The notes beneath the pieces are model-generated. The model did no database searches, had not been told where the DNA came from, and saw nothing but the letters and a program-made list of their open reading frames with translations. A DNA stretch of 63,716 nt, filler included, from Octopus bimaculoides (Eukaryota), in NCBI RefSeq assembly GCF_001194135.2. It is 4 parts of 3 records of this genome, joined end to end, with 100 filler letters (N's around TTAATTAATTAA, not from the genome) between each part and the next. Parts side by side here need not be neighbours in the genome. Positions count along the whole stretch, not along the records: positions 1 to 26,516 come from NC_068983.1; 3 more parts are not named here. One strand, written 5' to 3'. Below, piece by piece: positions 10,454 to 23,017 of this stretch. Made by a program: the position numbers and the translations under genes. The first letter of the stretch is position 1; the number at the start of each line of letters is the position of its first letter.

Positions 10454-13129
10454 TAAACCAGGCGAAGAAGCTTAGAAGTAAGGTATATAGTATCACCGCT
10501 TTGAAAATAACCAGTTTTCAATTCCATTTCAGTATAGTCCTTTGAATGGTAACCACAGCTCTGCACGGTGCAGTATTTTATGCGCCCTTTAAAATATATT
10601 CCATCTTACAGTTTTATATGAATGAGAATTTTTGGAATAAAGCTTGTATTATGTAAACTTATAATAAATGCATCCAGTTATATGTGTGTGTATTTCTTCA
10701 TTTATAAATTGAACAATTTAAAATGTTTTAAATTTCGCTACCTTGATACAGAAATTTTCGAACCGACTCTGTTTGGGAACTGAATCGACTCCTCATTTTG
10801 TGTGTTTGGATATCGTTTGCTAGCTCCAGGAATACGTGGTTGACTGGGTGGCAGTGTTTTCATTTAGTAGCCTGTCTGAATAGACGAGATAACAAATTGT
10901 TTAAACTATGTGTTAGTTGCAAAATTAATAAGGTATTTACAGCATCCGATTTGTATTGGAAAAAAATCCTGTTTTCACCACTGCTTTATTTTTATCACTA
11001 AGATTTTCATTGCAATTAAAAGACCTAAACCATCTTCGGCTATTTAAAATATAACAAAATGAAGAATACATATATATTTGTGTGTGTGTGTATGTGTGCA
11101 ACATGTATCCGTTATATGCATACATATAATATTTGTGATAAGCGTTTGTGCGTTATAGAAAGATGATATTCTTAGTAGCGGAGAATGTTTATAAAGCACG
11201 AAATGGAGACAGTAATGGACGTCTTTCAATTTTGTTACGTCTAACCAGCGAAGTCCATACACATCACTTGGCAGGATTTTACTGATGATCGATCTTTAGA
11301 GAAATAAATGGTATGTAGTGACGCTGATAATGGATATGAATAACGGGGCTAAAGGAAGTCACCTATGTGTAGTTTTCTGCATATTAAATACACATACAGT
11401 AAAATTTTTAATATTAGTGAAATTTATAATCTTCAGTTACATCGGGTTGCCCCTGAAATTAGCAACAAAATCAGCCTCATCTGCGTGTTTAAAATCTAAG
11501 AGCAAAAAGTAAGGGATGTAATTCAATTACTATCTGTTAATCAAAATTTGTGGAAGTAAAGTTAATGATTTCATGTTCTGTCTGGGGAGAGTCAAATTGT
11601 TATAATGCCCAATTGTTTAACACACTCACCGGTTTCCACTCATTTATCATTTTTTTTTCTTCCAAAATTTTCATGGCGTTTGCAACCTTGTATGTTGACT
11701 CTGTCCGTTATTAGAATCGCGTTTTTTTTCGTCTGATTATGCGCATGTGTGTGCGTCAGCGTTCTTGTGTATTTGTGTATGCACATATGTATGTATGCGT
11801 GTATGTATGCATGCATGTACGTAAGTATGTATGTGTGTGTCTGCATATATGTTTGTATGCTATTGTGTATGTATGTATATATATGTATGTATTCAGCATA
11901 TTCATGAGTTTGTCTGTGTTGATGTGTTTGTATGTATGAGTGTGAGTATTTGTGTGTGTGACTCTGTCTCTTTGTGTGTGTGTGTTCGAGTGTGTTTATA
12001 TGTATGGGTTTGTGCTACTATGGTTATGTGTCTCCATATATGTCTTTGTGTATACGCATATGTGTGTGGGAGTGGGGGTGTATATGGTCGTGTTTTTCCG
12101 TCTTCTCTTGTGTGTGTGCTTGTCTATATGTCTGTATTACATATGAACCTATCTACTTACCTATGTATCTATCTGTTTACTTACATAACCATTTACCTAC
12201 CAACCTACACACGTATATATATATGTCTACATAACAGCCTACTAGCAAATGTACTTGCGTATGTATATTCTATAGGTATAGGGGTATCACTACCTTCCAC
12301 GTGTATTTCTTATTTAGTACGGGGTATGTTTCATTTATGAGGACTTACTCCAGGATTTGTCTGCGTGATAGGTCCTTTGGGTGCTTGGATAAAATGTGTA
12401 TGTCACGCCAGCCCAGTGTGCCTGCATGTTGGTCTTTGGCATGTTGGGAGAGTATGGAGGACTGTTTTTTTTTTTTTGTCATCATATTGCTTCAAGTGTA
12501 CGTTGAATCTTTCGGCAATACTTCTTCATGTTTCTCTAATGATTTCAATAGTGGATATGTCTGCGATCAGCCAATCTTTCATTTAAACAGTAGTAATAGG
12601 AGATTTTGCCATCTAATTGTAAAGGTAATTTACGCTGTAGCATATTAACTATATTACATACACGTATACAACATACGAAAACGCTCTCAGATTTTTACGT
12701 TCAACCCTGATTCATATATTAATGCATCCAAATACGTGCATATACAAAGCTATCTATCTATCTATCTATATATCTATCCATCTATCTGTATGCATACATT
12801 CATACATATCTACATATACATATACATGCATATACATAGAAGATTTTCAGGGACGGGCCACGTGAGTNNNNNNNNNNTATATATATATATATATATATAT
12901 CTAAATGTCTATCCATCTATTTATATATATACAAATATCTATCTGTCCAACTATCTATATCTACATCTATCTATCTATCTATCTATCTATCTATATATCT
13001 ATCCATCTATCTGTATGCATACATTCATACATATCTACATATACATATACATGCATATACATAGAAGATTTTCAGGGACGGGCCACGTGAGTTCATGCAT
13101 CAATTCACACGCACAGCGCAACGTCAGGC

Positions 13130-13770
13130 GTACCTTCTCTTTTCTGCCTGACATTTCTAGAGTCTCATAGAACTGAGTTTTACCATGCTATTTCTACACA
13201 TGTATTCTCGACTGAGTATTAATTCCTCCATACATCTTCAGTTTTCATTAATTATCTGCAGATTCTGGCTAAATAGTATTTACATTCCGAGTTTTGGTAC
13301 AACACCGGAAGAAAACCTTCCACATATTCCTTGATTCTTAACAATTTAAGAGTAAAGTTAAATGTATCGATCTAACCTGTCTTCGAAAGACTCTGCTGAC
13401 TATACGCACTGTTACCTCCATCACACACATCTAAGCGGCATCATTAACCACCAATCAAATTATGTATTTCTTCTTATTGCAAACTTCTAATAAATGTCCC
13501 CGTGATATATATCTATATTAGTCACTATTACAGTTAAATAATTTTATTGCAATTTTGTATCATTTGGGTTTACAACTGTAGTTCCTTTACTCAAAGTAGT
13601 GTCATATGGTTGTCTTACCTCTTCATAACTCACATTTTAAAGCCACCGTATCAGACAGAATAACTTAATAGTCTATAAAATGTAGATTTCTTCTCCGTCT
13701 TACATCTTCCAATTACGTAATTTACAGAGGACATAATATTGATGATTAACATTTGCTCATGTTTCTTCCA
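13130..13770 (-). pseudogene. Highly decayed non-LTR retrotransposon segment, possibly R4/Dong post-RT region
   Basis: Purine-rich minus strand with only faint motif remnants; no continuous frame. Confidence 0.3.
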
Positions 13771-14241
13771 CTCACACTAATTCATGTTTTATTTTAAACC
13801 ATATATTATTAATGTAGAGAGTTTACGTTTATGCTTTAGCAACACACAAGTAATGCTAGTTAAGCAATTCTTTATTATAAAAATACATCGACATATAATT
13901 TTGATTCGCTTACTCAGGTTTCTTAAAATAAATAAATAAATAAATAAATAAGCATTCTTCGCTTACAGTGATACATATAGCTTCTATATTTTAAATATAC
14001 GTTTTCGTATGTAGTCCTTTCTCAAGTTATATATGAAGATCTCTAACATCTGATCGGAATTGAGATTATTTCAATCAATACCCAGAAATACATAACGGCC
14101 ATTTTCTATCATCGTTAATATTAATCTTAGTAAAATAGAAAACGCTTCTGTTCAAGATATTTCGAAAATATTGGAATAATTTTTATTTCTTTGTCTGCAA
14201 TAAGCTCCGTTTGCACACCGACTGTTTCTCAACGGTTTCAA

Positions 14242-14474
14242 GGCGGTGAGCTGGCAGAAACGTTAACACGGCGGGCGAAATGCTTTATTTCGTCTGCCGC
14301 TACGTTCTGAGTTCCTAATTCCGCCGAGGTCGACTTTGCCTTTCATTCTTTCGGGGACGATTAAATAAGTACCAGTTACGCCCTGGGGTCGATATAATCG
14401 ACTTACTCCGTTTGTCTGTCCTTGTTTGTCCCCTCTATGTGTAGCTCCTTGTGGACAGTAAAGAAATAAGAAAC
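14242..14474 (+). mobile_element. SINE family B, near full-length
   Basis: GGCGGTGAGCTGGCAGAAACGTTA head; B-box-like GAGTTCCTAATTCC; tail GTAAAGAAATAAGAAAC. Confidence 0.9.
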
Positions 14475-14537
14475 TACGGTTTATCAGTGAGAAAGATTGT
14501 TTATTAATCAGTTTAAATTCAATGGCACAGTCTTTCA

Positions 14538-14780
14538 TGGAGTCGCGTAGCTTAGTAGTTAGAGTGTTAAATTCAGGATCGCAAGATTATGGTCTAGATT
14601 CCTGGAGCGGGTGGTGCATTGTATTGTTCAGCAAAACATCTCAGTTCATGGTGCTCCAGTCAATCAGCTGGAAATATCAAGTAATCTTGCGAAGGACTGG
14701 CATCCAGTCCTGCAGGGATTATTTTCGCCACAAAATCTGGGGAAACTAGTTTTATGAGAGTATGGATCGGGAAGGACCTT
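14538..14780 (+). mobile_element. SINE family C
   Basis: tRNA-like head GCGTAGCTTAGTAGTTAGAGTG...TAGATTCC; body GCTCCAGTCAATCAGCTGG...TGCGAAGGACTGGCATCCAGTCC. Confidence 0.7.
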
Positions 14781-14829
14781 TTTATTTTTATTTTTTTATT
14801 TTTTTTCGGATAGGCGTTATGATGCCAAA

Positions 14830-15030
14830 ATCGTTAGCGCACCAGAAAAGATGCTTAGCAAATTTTCGTCTGTCTTAAACGTTCTGAGTTCTAATTCTGG
14901 CGCGACCGACTTTGCCTTTTATAATTTCGGGGTCGATGAAATAAATATCTGTTGAAAATTGGAATCGATGTAATCGTCTTCTCTACCACGCCAAAGTACC
15001 TGTCTTGTGTCAAAATTAGAAAACCATATT
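14830..15030 (+). mobile_element. SINE family B, old copy
   Basis: ATCGTTAGCGCACC...GTTCTGAGTTCTAATTCTGG...GACTTTGCCTTT...GGGGTCGAT. Confidence 0.7.
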
Positions 15031-15531
15031 AGTTGCATTACTTCTCACTCTCTCATGTAACTCCAGCGCATCTCTTGCAAAGTATACGCTTACCATTTTT
15101 ACAAGCTTCAGGGTGCTTTTTACCTTTTTGATATGTCTTTATATTCCCTTTTATTGTTTTCTTTCCTTTGTATATTTTCCTGTTGACAACCGAATTAAGT
15201 ATCGCCTTTTAATAAAGGAATTATTTTAATGTTAATATAAATGGGTTTTTTTTATCACCAAAATTCAACTAATATTTTCGTTATTGAAATTTAGACCATT
15301 AGACTGTATTGTATACAGTTTTAGCTTTCCTCTTGTGGGCCTTGTGTCATTTTAAAGTGTTTTATTATTTTCTCTTTTACCTCCACTGCATTATGGATGT
15401 ATTTGTTTAGAGTCATCTTTGCTAATTGAAAACTGATAAGCCACATTAAAAGAATTGTAGTCATATATAAATATGTATGTATGTCTATCCATCTATCTAT
15501 TTATCTCTCTACCTATCTATCTATCTATCTA

Positions 15532-15578
<47 letters not shown>

Positions 15579-16599
15579 NNNNNNNNNNNNNNNNNNNNNN
15601 NNNNNNNNNNNNNNNNNNNNNNNNNNNNNNNNNNNNNNNNNNNNNNNNNNNNNNNNNNNNNNNNNNNNNNNNNNNNNNNNNNNNNNNNNNNNNNNNNNNN
15701 NNNNNNNNNNNNNNNNNNNNNNNNNNNNNNNNNNNNNNNNNNNNNNNNNNNNNNNNNNNNNNNNNNNNNNNNNNNNNNNNNNNNNNNNNNNNNNNNNNNN
15801 NNNNNNNNNNNNNNNNNNNNNNNNNNNNNNNNNNNNNNNNNNNNNNNNNNNNNNNNNNNNNNNNNNNNNNNNNNNNNNNNNNNNNNNNNNNNNNNNNNNN
15901 NNNNNNNNNNNNNNNNNNNNNNNNNNNNNNNNNNNNNNNNNNNNNNNNNNNNNNNNNNNNNNNNNNNNNNNNNNNNNNNNNNNNNNNNNNNNNNNNNNNN
16001 NNNNNNNNNNNNNNNNNNNNNNNNNNNNNNNNNNNNNNNNNNNNNNNNNNNNNNNNNNNNNNNNNNNNNNNNNNNNNNNNNNNNNNNNNNNNNNNNNNNN
16101 NNNNNNNNNNNNNNNNNNNNNNNNNNNNNNNNNNNNNNNNNNNNNNNNNNNNNNNNNNNNNNNNNNNNNNNNNNNNNNNNNNNNNNNNNNNNNNNNNNNN
16201 NNNNNNNNNNNNNNNNNNNNNNNNNNNNNNNNNNNNNNNNNNNNNNNNNNNNNNNNNNNNNNNNNNNNNNNNNNNNNNNNNNNNNNNNNNNNNNNNNNNN
16301 NNNNNNNNNNNNNNNNNNNNNNNNNNNNNNNNNNNNNNNNNNNNNNNNNNNNNNNNNNNNNNNNNNNNNNNNNNNNNNNNNNNNNNNNNNNNNNNNNNNN
16401 NNNNNNNNNNNNNNNNNNNNNNNNNNNNNNNNNNNNNNNNNNNNNNNNNNNNNNNNNNNNNNNNNNNNNNNNNNNNNNNNNNNNNNNNNNNNNNNNNNNN
16501 NNNNNNNNNNNNNNNTATATATATATATATATATATATATGGGAAGAGCGTTTATAATTATTAATTAATCACAATTATAAAGGACAGGGTCGGAAAAAA

Positions 16600-17380
16600 C
16601 CTTACATGTTTAGAAATAACTCTTTATGATGGCTTTGTACTTAGTCCTGGTGCCTTTGTTCCCTCGAATCCTGTCCCTTTGATTGTAGCCAGAGAACTGC
16701 ATGCGGTGGATGAAGTGTTGTATATGTCTTTCCAATTCCATAGGGTTTCACATGTGAGACACATTACTCATCACACTCTCACCAAGTCAGCTATCAGAAT
16801 GTTAAACTTGGCGTTGTCCGCAATCGCTGCGTTCGTGTGAACAAAGTACTTAGACGCCATGGGCTTGGTATCATGAGAGTGAACGGCTTTGGACCTTAGT
16901 ATTCTTCGTTTCTAGTCAGAGTTCAGTGCGAAAAATGGGTAATTTATAGTTAGGGTGCTTACTAGGCTAGTCTATCGTTATTTCCATACTCTGGTGGATG
17001 GAGTTTGCAATTTGCTGGATGTTCTCCATAATGTTATCTTCTAGATCATCAAAATTGTCTTGTAGGTTTACTCTGGCTATGATGTTGAAATAATCCACTT
17101 AGTGGGAGTACATGGTTAGGTTTATGCAGTTCTCTGCTAGCAATACTAACACCGATGGATGCACCTTCCTCTTGGGCTTATATCTTGTTATCAAACTTAA
17201 ATATATGGCCTTTCAGTGTGGTCTTGGTACTCGCAACCACCGCATGTGCGGCCAACTTTTTTATCTGATCATTATTTTCGGGGGTTCGTATAGCTTCGGT
17301 TCACTCCTGCCATCTCTCTGTGGGGGTCTTCTTGGGCATAGAGCTTATAGTGGGGTGTCTACCTCTTATTGAGGTCAGAA
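16600..17380 (-). pseudogene. Penelope-like element (PLE) reverse transcriptase C-terminal/thumb fragment
   Basis: Minus translation KPMASKYFVHTNAAIADNAKFNILIADLVRV and LERHIQHFIHRMQFSGYNQRDRIR match the PLE pattern KP....H.NSA....K...L..E..R..N.S....F..RM..SGY. Confidence 0.75.
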
Positions 17381-17893
17381 ATAGCTACGGCCATGTTTAT
17401 CAAGTAATCATTATCGCATGTCAGTCATATATATGGTAATTAATAGATATTAATTAATATATGATTTTTACCCTATGTTAATGTATTAACCATAACCAAA
17501 GTTCTCAAACTGGATATATGCGACGCAGTAAATATTTTCTGCAGACATATTCCTGGAATTTGCGCGCCAAAACGAAGACTTTGGAATTTTACCATTAAGC
17601 TGTAATTAACAGAACCACATACACGTGCACCTATGACGGTGGGCAATTTTGTATAGGGTTCTGAGGATTATGGTTACATTACGAATAGGGTGAAGAGAAA
17701 CAGACAGTCGGTAAGATTGTTAATTTTGAAACCGGTCCTTATTTAATAATGATTTTTTAGGTAATTTTAAATGTCTTGCCCGCTTACGCTTTGGTATTCC
17801 ACTAAATTTCGTTTTTGAGAACAATTTAGATCTTAGTAGACACAGGATGTGATCTATTTCTAGCACATTGAATGTCCACGTTAGCAGTCAACG

Positions 17894-17960
<67 letters not shown>

Positions 17961-19554
17961 TATATGTATGTGAATTTTTCGAAAGTTTTAATTGGAAATT
18001 CAGGGCTTACATGATGTAATCTCATATACGTTTTAGATTGCTGTGATTACAGGTATATTACAGAGTACCTTATTATTATGTTCGTTAGCTTCTGATTTTA
18101 TTGTTTTTTACAAGTGACTCTGTACTACAGGATGGTAACATTCTCATCTGGTATGATGCAACTAATTTCACTTAGACATTGCTATTGATATCGATTAATA
18201 TTTATGAGTCAAAATTTCCAGTGTTTCCAGGATCCACTAGCTTTTATATTTGTTTTTTTAATGATAAATTTACAATATATTTATCAGAAATTTTTATTTT
18301 CATTAGAAGAACAATGGTTTATTTCACATACTAAGAATACTTGATGTTTCTTAGTAGTTTCAGATATTACAAAAGGTTCGGTATTCCATCATTATAAAAT
18401 TATTGCTTTTATTGTTGACAAAATGTGCTTTTGAATTAGTAATTTTGCTTAGATATTTTATTTCGAAAGCAATCTGTTTGATTATGTCAGTTTAATTTTG
18501 TTTCTCTGTCAGATCTTTTATGACTATAATTGAATATTTCATTTTCGTTTTCATTCTAGTTATATATGAAGGTTTCCTGGCAACATTGTTTATGATATGT
18601 TTTTACGTTATTTCTACAAATAAATGATTTTTAAATGTCTTAAATACGCAGAATTAAGTAACCTGCACTAAGTAGCCAAATACATTATAGTTTATTATGG
18701 GAGATCTGCAAATGCCCTGCATTCTAACCGTTCAAATAAGCCCTTAGCAATGCAGTCTGGGATTAGGTTTCACTTTCCATCACAAAAAGGTCAAACATTC
18801 CATTAAAGAAAGATGATAATCAGTTCGTAATATTTGAATAGATATATAGGAGGTGAAATAACGTATGAATTTGTCGTTTTAAAATTTGTAAGTATTTACC
18901 TCCGAATTATATTATTATATGAAATAATTACACATTAACGCAACGTTATAGTCAATATATACACAATCCATTTAATATCATTGTGCAAGTTTTAAATTTG
19001 CATAATTCTATTTTCCCAAACAATGTAGAAGGTGTTAACTACGCTTTAAAATGTATTTCTTTTAACTTGTTCATTGTTATTAGGTAGATAAATCCCGAAT
19101 CGAACTTGAAGTTTTTTATATTACATTTTGCAACATAATTTCATTTATACATAGAACAAACTTTATTTTTCTTGGCTCCAATTAATTTACAATTAGTGGT
19201 TTAGTTTGAATAAAGAGTAATGTTTATATTTTTGGCACAAAATAAAGTTGAATTAGTTATTAAAATATTATGACAAATTAATAAGCAACCAGAATTGTTT
19301 TTAATTACGAACGATAAAATAAATGCACCAAACTTCTAAATATTTAGTGTTGATTAATTGATGTACACGATCGAAGTTTAGAAAATACATTTAAAATACA
19401 GAAATAGCACAATAAATGTATATGACACATGCCAATATAATTATAGTATTCTCAATGGAAACCGTAAGAAAAATGCCTTTAATTTCTTTCTTTTACTGTT
19501 ATATATTTTAGAGATGAGGATTTCTGTACATCATTTCTATTATTTAAATTGGGC

Positions 19555-19615
19555 GGGTATGTGTCCTCATCTCGTTTGTTGTTACCACAATGTTTCGGCT
19601 GATTTAGTCTCCATT
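19555..19615 (-). mobile_element. Short PLE terminal-repeat remnant with a truncated hammerhead 3' half
   Basis: Minus strand reads ATCAGCCGAAACATTGTGG...GATGAGGACACATA; the GAAAC half is present but CUGAUGA is not. Confidence 0.4.
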
Positions 19616-19629
19616 ACACTATATGCCCA

Positions 19630-19709
19630 CGGGCATATAGCGTAATGTTTAAGAGCGCGGGCTACTAACCCCAAGTTTCGGAGTTCACTTCCAGGCAGTG
19701 CCTTGATTA

Positions 19710-19748
<39 letters not shown>

Positions 19749-19750
19749 TG
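19630..19750 (+). mobile_element. Short tRNA-derived SINE head (family F) followed by (AAT)n
   Basis: A-box-like TAGCGTAATGTT, GAGCGCGGGCTACTAACCCC, B-box-like GAGTTCACTTCC, then a TAA tail. Confidence 0.65.
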
Positions 19751-20469
19751 CTCCGGGCTAAATAACAGGTGATTGTTTCTGGCTAAATAATAACATGGTC
19801 GTACACTAAGAAGCTCTCTCAACAAAAAACAAAACAAAAAAAAACACTTGATCCAATAATATCGGCGCAATGGAAGGAAAACTTGGTGATACAACTATGG
19901 GAAAGGTCCTGTTAAAGCAAAGGAAGTAAGCAATCCGAAAGATTTTCGTTACATACAGTGTTGTTTCTTTCTTAAGTGCGTGCTATCGCAATGTGACATA
20001 CGCAAGGCGTCGAAAACCAGCACCAGGAACCATGGGAAAACATACTAATTACACAGTAAGTACGTAAGTTGAATAATTATCTATAAATACAACTGTCCAC
20101 GCATCCATGTGCACATGCTAATATTTACAAGCAACATAAATAATTCCTACCCAACACACACGTACACGCACAAAAATAAAAGAAAAACACATGTCACGAG
20201 CGACGCGGCACCAAATATAAAAAAGTGACTTCCTACAAAAGAATATAAAAAGAAGCAAATTAGTCACTAAGTTTAAACATCACTAAACAGTTATGCACTG
20301 AAACATAGTTACCCATAAAAAAAAAAAAATAGAGACAATGTTCGATCTATCAGCCTACGATATGATAAATATGTCCATTGGAAGAACAAGGAAACGGTCT
20401 CATGCCAGATAGTCAACATTCAACAAACAGACCCGTCTCCTATTCTCACTGTTAATGCCTTAATGACAA

Positions 20470-22236
20470 GCCAAAACTCATGCCGGATGGGTCATCGCTA
20501 GGGACAAGGACCGTGTTAGCCTGTGGGTAAAAAAATGGGGGTCGAAAAATCTGCTGCAGGAAAAATCCCCCCCCCCCCGCAAACAAAAACGAACTATCAG
20601 GTCACCAGAACCGGGGTAACCCGAACCCTAGACCTGTAGTGATACTGCCAAAAACACAACCTAAAGCAAAACGCATAAAATAGAGTAGAGAGAATTATAG
20701 AGATGTGTTGAAAGCGTTCTATACAATTCAACTAACCTCAAGCAATAACTTCATTGTAGAAACATACAGTTCATGGCGAAACTTTGTAGGCAACAAAATA
20801 TGTAGATATATAGACGCGAATAAATTAAGTAATCTACGTAGAGACGTCGTTAAGTATAAAAGGTTAACTGACGCTGAAATTAGGCAAACTAGTACACAAA
20901 TATCTCATGGTAGACCAAATGAAAACAGCAACAACAGAGATGAAATTAGGAACAGATGAAATAGGGAACCCAGTGTGCGAGCATTATACCCCAACGAGGT
21001 ATAATTTTATAATGATGGAATACCGAAGTGAGAAAGTGAGAAAGGGAGACTGGATGAAGTTGAAAATCCAAAATTGGGAGGCAAAAGGAATCGAAGAGCT
21101 AAGGTCCGTCCTTAGAAAGTCTCAGAAATGGAGAATCCCAGTTCTGGACCGTATCATTAACTTCTGGCTGAATTGTTCGACAGAAGTATACCAAAGTTTT
21201 GCTGCATCCCTAACTGATATCATCCAGAACCCAGAGCAAATACCTGCCTGGCTGACCGAAGGAACAACATACTTTCTACCAAAAACTAAAGACAAGAAAA
21301 AGTAAAAAAAACTATCGACCAATAACATGTCTCAACACTACCAACAAGATTCTCACATCCATACTAACTTAAATAATTTATACTTTCCAGGAACTGAACT
21401 CTATTCTTCCACGAAGTCAAAAGGATTTTAAAATGAATTCTTATGGATGCAAAGATCAATTACTCATAAATAAAATTATTGTAGAGAATTGCCGGAACAA
21501 CAGGAAGAACCTGAGTATGGCATGCGTAGACAACAGGACAACATTTGATTGTGTCCCGCATAATTGGCTACTCAAGGGTTTTGAGATATACAAGATCTTT
21601 AGTGTCGTCACCAAATTCTTTGAAGGTAGGAAGTCGAATACACATCATCTTCTATACCATAGTAATGGAATGATCTAATATGACAACATCGACATCAAAC
21701 GAGGCATCTTTCAAGGTGACTCCCTCTCCCCATTACTCTTTTGCATGGCACTGATCCCACTCTCAAACGAACTGAGTAACACCAGGCATGGGTTCAATAT
21801 GCATAAAATAGTACATCATCTGTTTTATATGGACGATCTGAAGCTACTTGCTAGAAATGACAAAGAGCTAGTAGGGCTGTTAACCACTGTTAAAGAGTTC
21901 AGCAATGATATCGGGGTGGATTTTGGCCTTGATAAGTGTGCTAAAGCAACTTTTGTAATAGGAAAGCTCAAGCAAACAGCTTCTATTCAATTAAATATTG
22001 ACACTACCAGCTAGGAGCATGACCCAAACGAAAGCTATAAATACGAAGGAGATGGTATACAACACGCTACTATGAAGGAAAAATGACGAAAAGAATATTA
22101 CTAAAGATTGAACTCAACTCCAAAAATAACATCGAAGCCATTAACAGCCTGGCACTTACAGTAGTCTAATACAGTTTTAACATTATTAACTGGTATCTTT
22201 CAGAACTGTAACGCTTGAACAGGAAGACAAGAAAAC
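20470..22236 (+). pseudogene. R4/Dong-clade non-LTR retrotransposon: N-terminus plus RT, internally deleted and 3'-truncated
   Basis: IPAWLTEGTTYFLPK, YRPITCL, GCKDQLLINK, FDCVPHNW, RGIFQGDSLSPLLFCMALIPLS, HHLFYMDDLKL, FGLDKCAK are diagnostic R4/Dong RT motifs; multiple stops and frameshifts. Confidence 0.9.
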
Positions 22237-22825
22237 TAATAATAATAATATTAAAAATAATGACACTGAACAAAAGTTAGTGTATGTAACTTAATTTATT
22301 CAGCTAGAGGGAAAATTATGTTTTATAGTTACACTACTTTTAGAACTCATATTTCTAAATTCCTGGATATAAGTAGAGGTTTGTGTATTTGGATTACTAA
22401 GCTAAATAAAAATAAATGCGAAGAAAGAAGACTAGCTGTTCCCATATATTGGCTTGAAAATATTTTAAGGTAAATTAAATAGATTAGTCAGAGCTAAACA
22501 TTCAGACATATACAAAATAGGCTATATAAGGCTTGTAAATATTTAATGGTTAATTTTGAAGCTCAAGAAATTTAGTTGATACTTTTATTAAAGTATGAAA
22601 CTAACATAATTAGAACAGCTCTTTAGAATATATATTTTGAGAGTAATTTGAGAAAAGTAGTTAAAGTTTCTAAATATATAATAATCATGGAACAATTAAG
22701 AAATAGCAAAGCTGAGAAATAATGGAGGAAGTCTAAGAATTCATATCTTAGTTGCAGTAGGCTAAGAAATTTTAAGGCAGCATGTAAGACGAAATGAAGC
22801 GTTCACTTACATTGATGGCATTCTC

Positions 22826-22893
<68 letters not shown>

Positions 22894-22971
22894 CTACGTT
22901 CATTTATAAAGAATGTTGAACGTTGGAAATAAAAGGCACTCGCTACAGCTTGGTAAGCTTCAGTATATGCC

Positions 22972-23017
<46 letters not shown>

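Noticed and set aside
11640-13170. Many V/C/Y/M/I/H-rich ORFs (also 55809-56749 and 59122-59989)
   Set aside because: Translations of (TG)n, (ATGT)n and (ATCT)n microsatellites.
15473-16568. Long 'ORFs' of 120-360 aa full of X (also at 27801, 37277, 41312, 49783, 57443, 60596)
   Set aside because: They only span N-gaps and flanking (TA)n runs.
16600-17380. In-frame TGA as selenocysteine, as in Naiad-type PLEs
   Set aside because: The copy has frameshifts and other stops, so the TGAs are explained by decay; no SECIS identified.
20470-20560. HDV-like ribozyme at the R4/Dong 5' end
   Set aside because: Known for some R2/R4/RTE elements, but I could not build the nested double pseudoknot by eye; needs a descriptor search.
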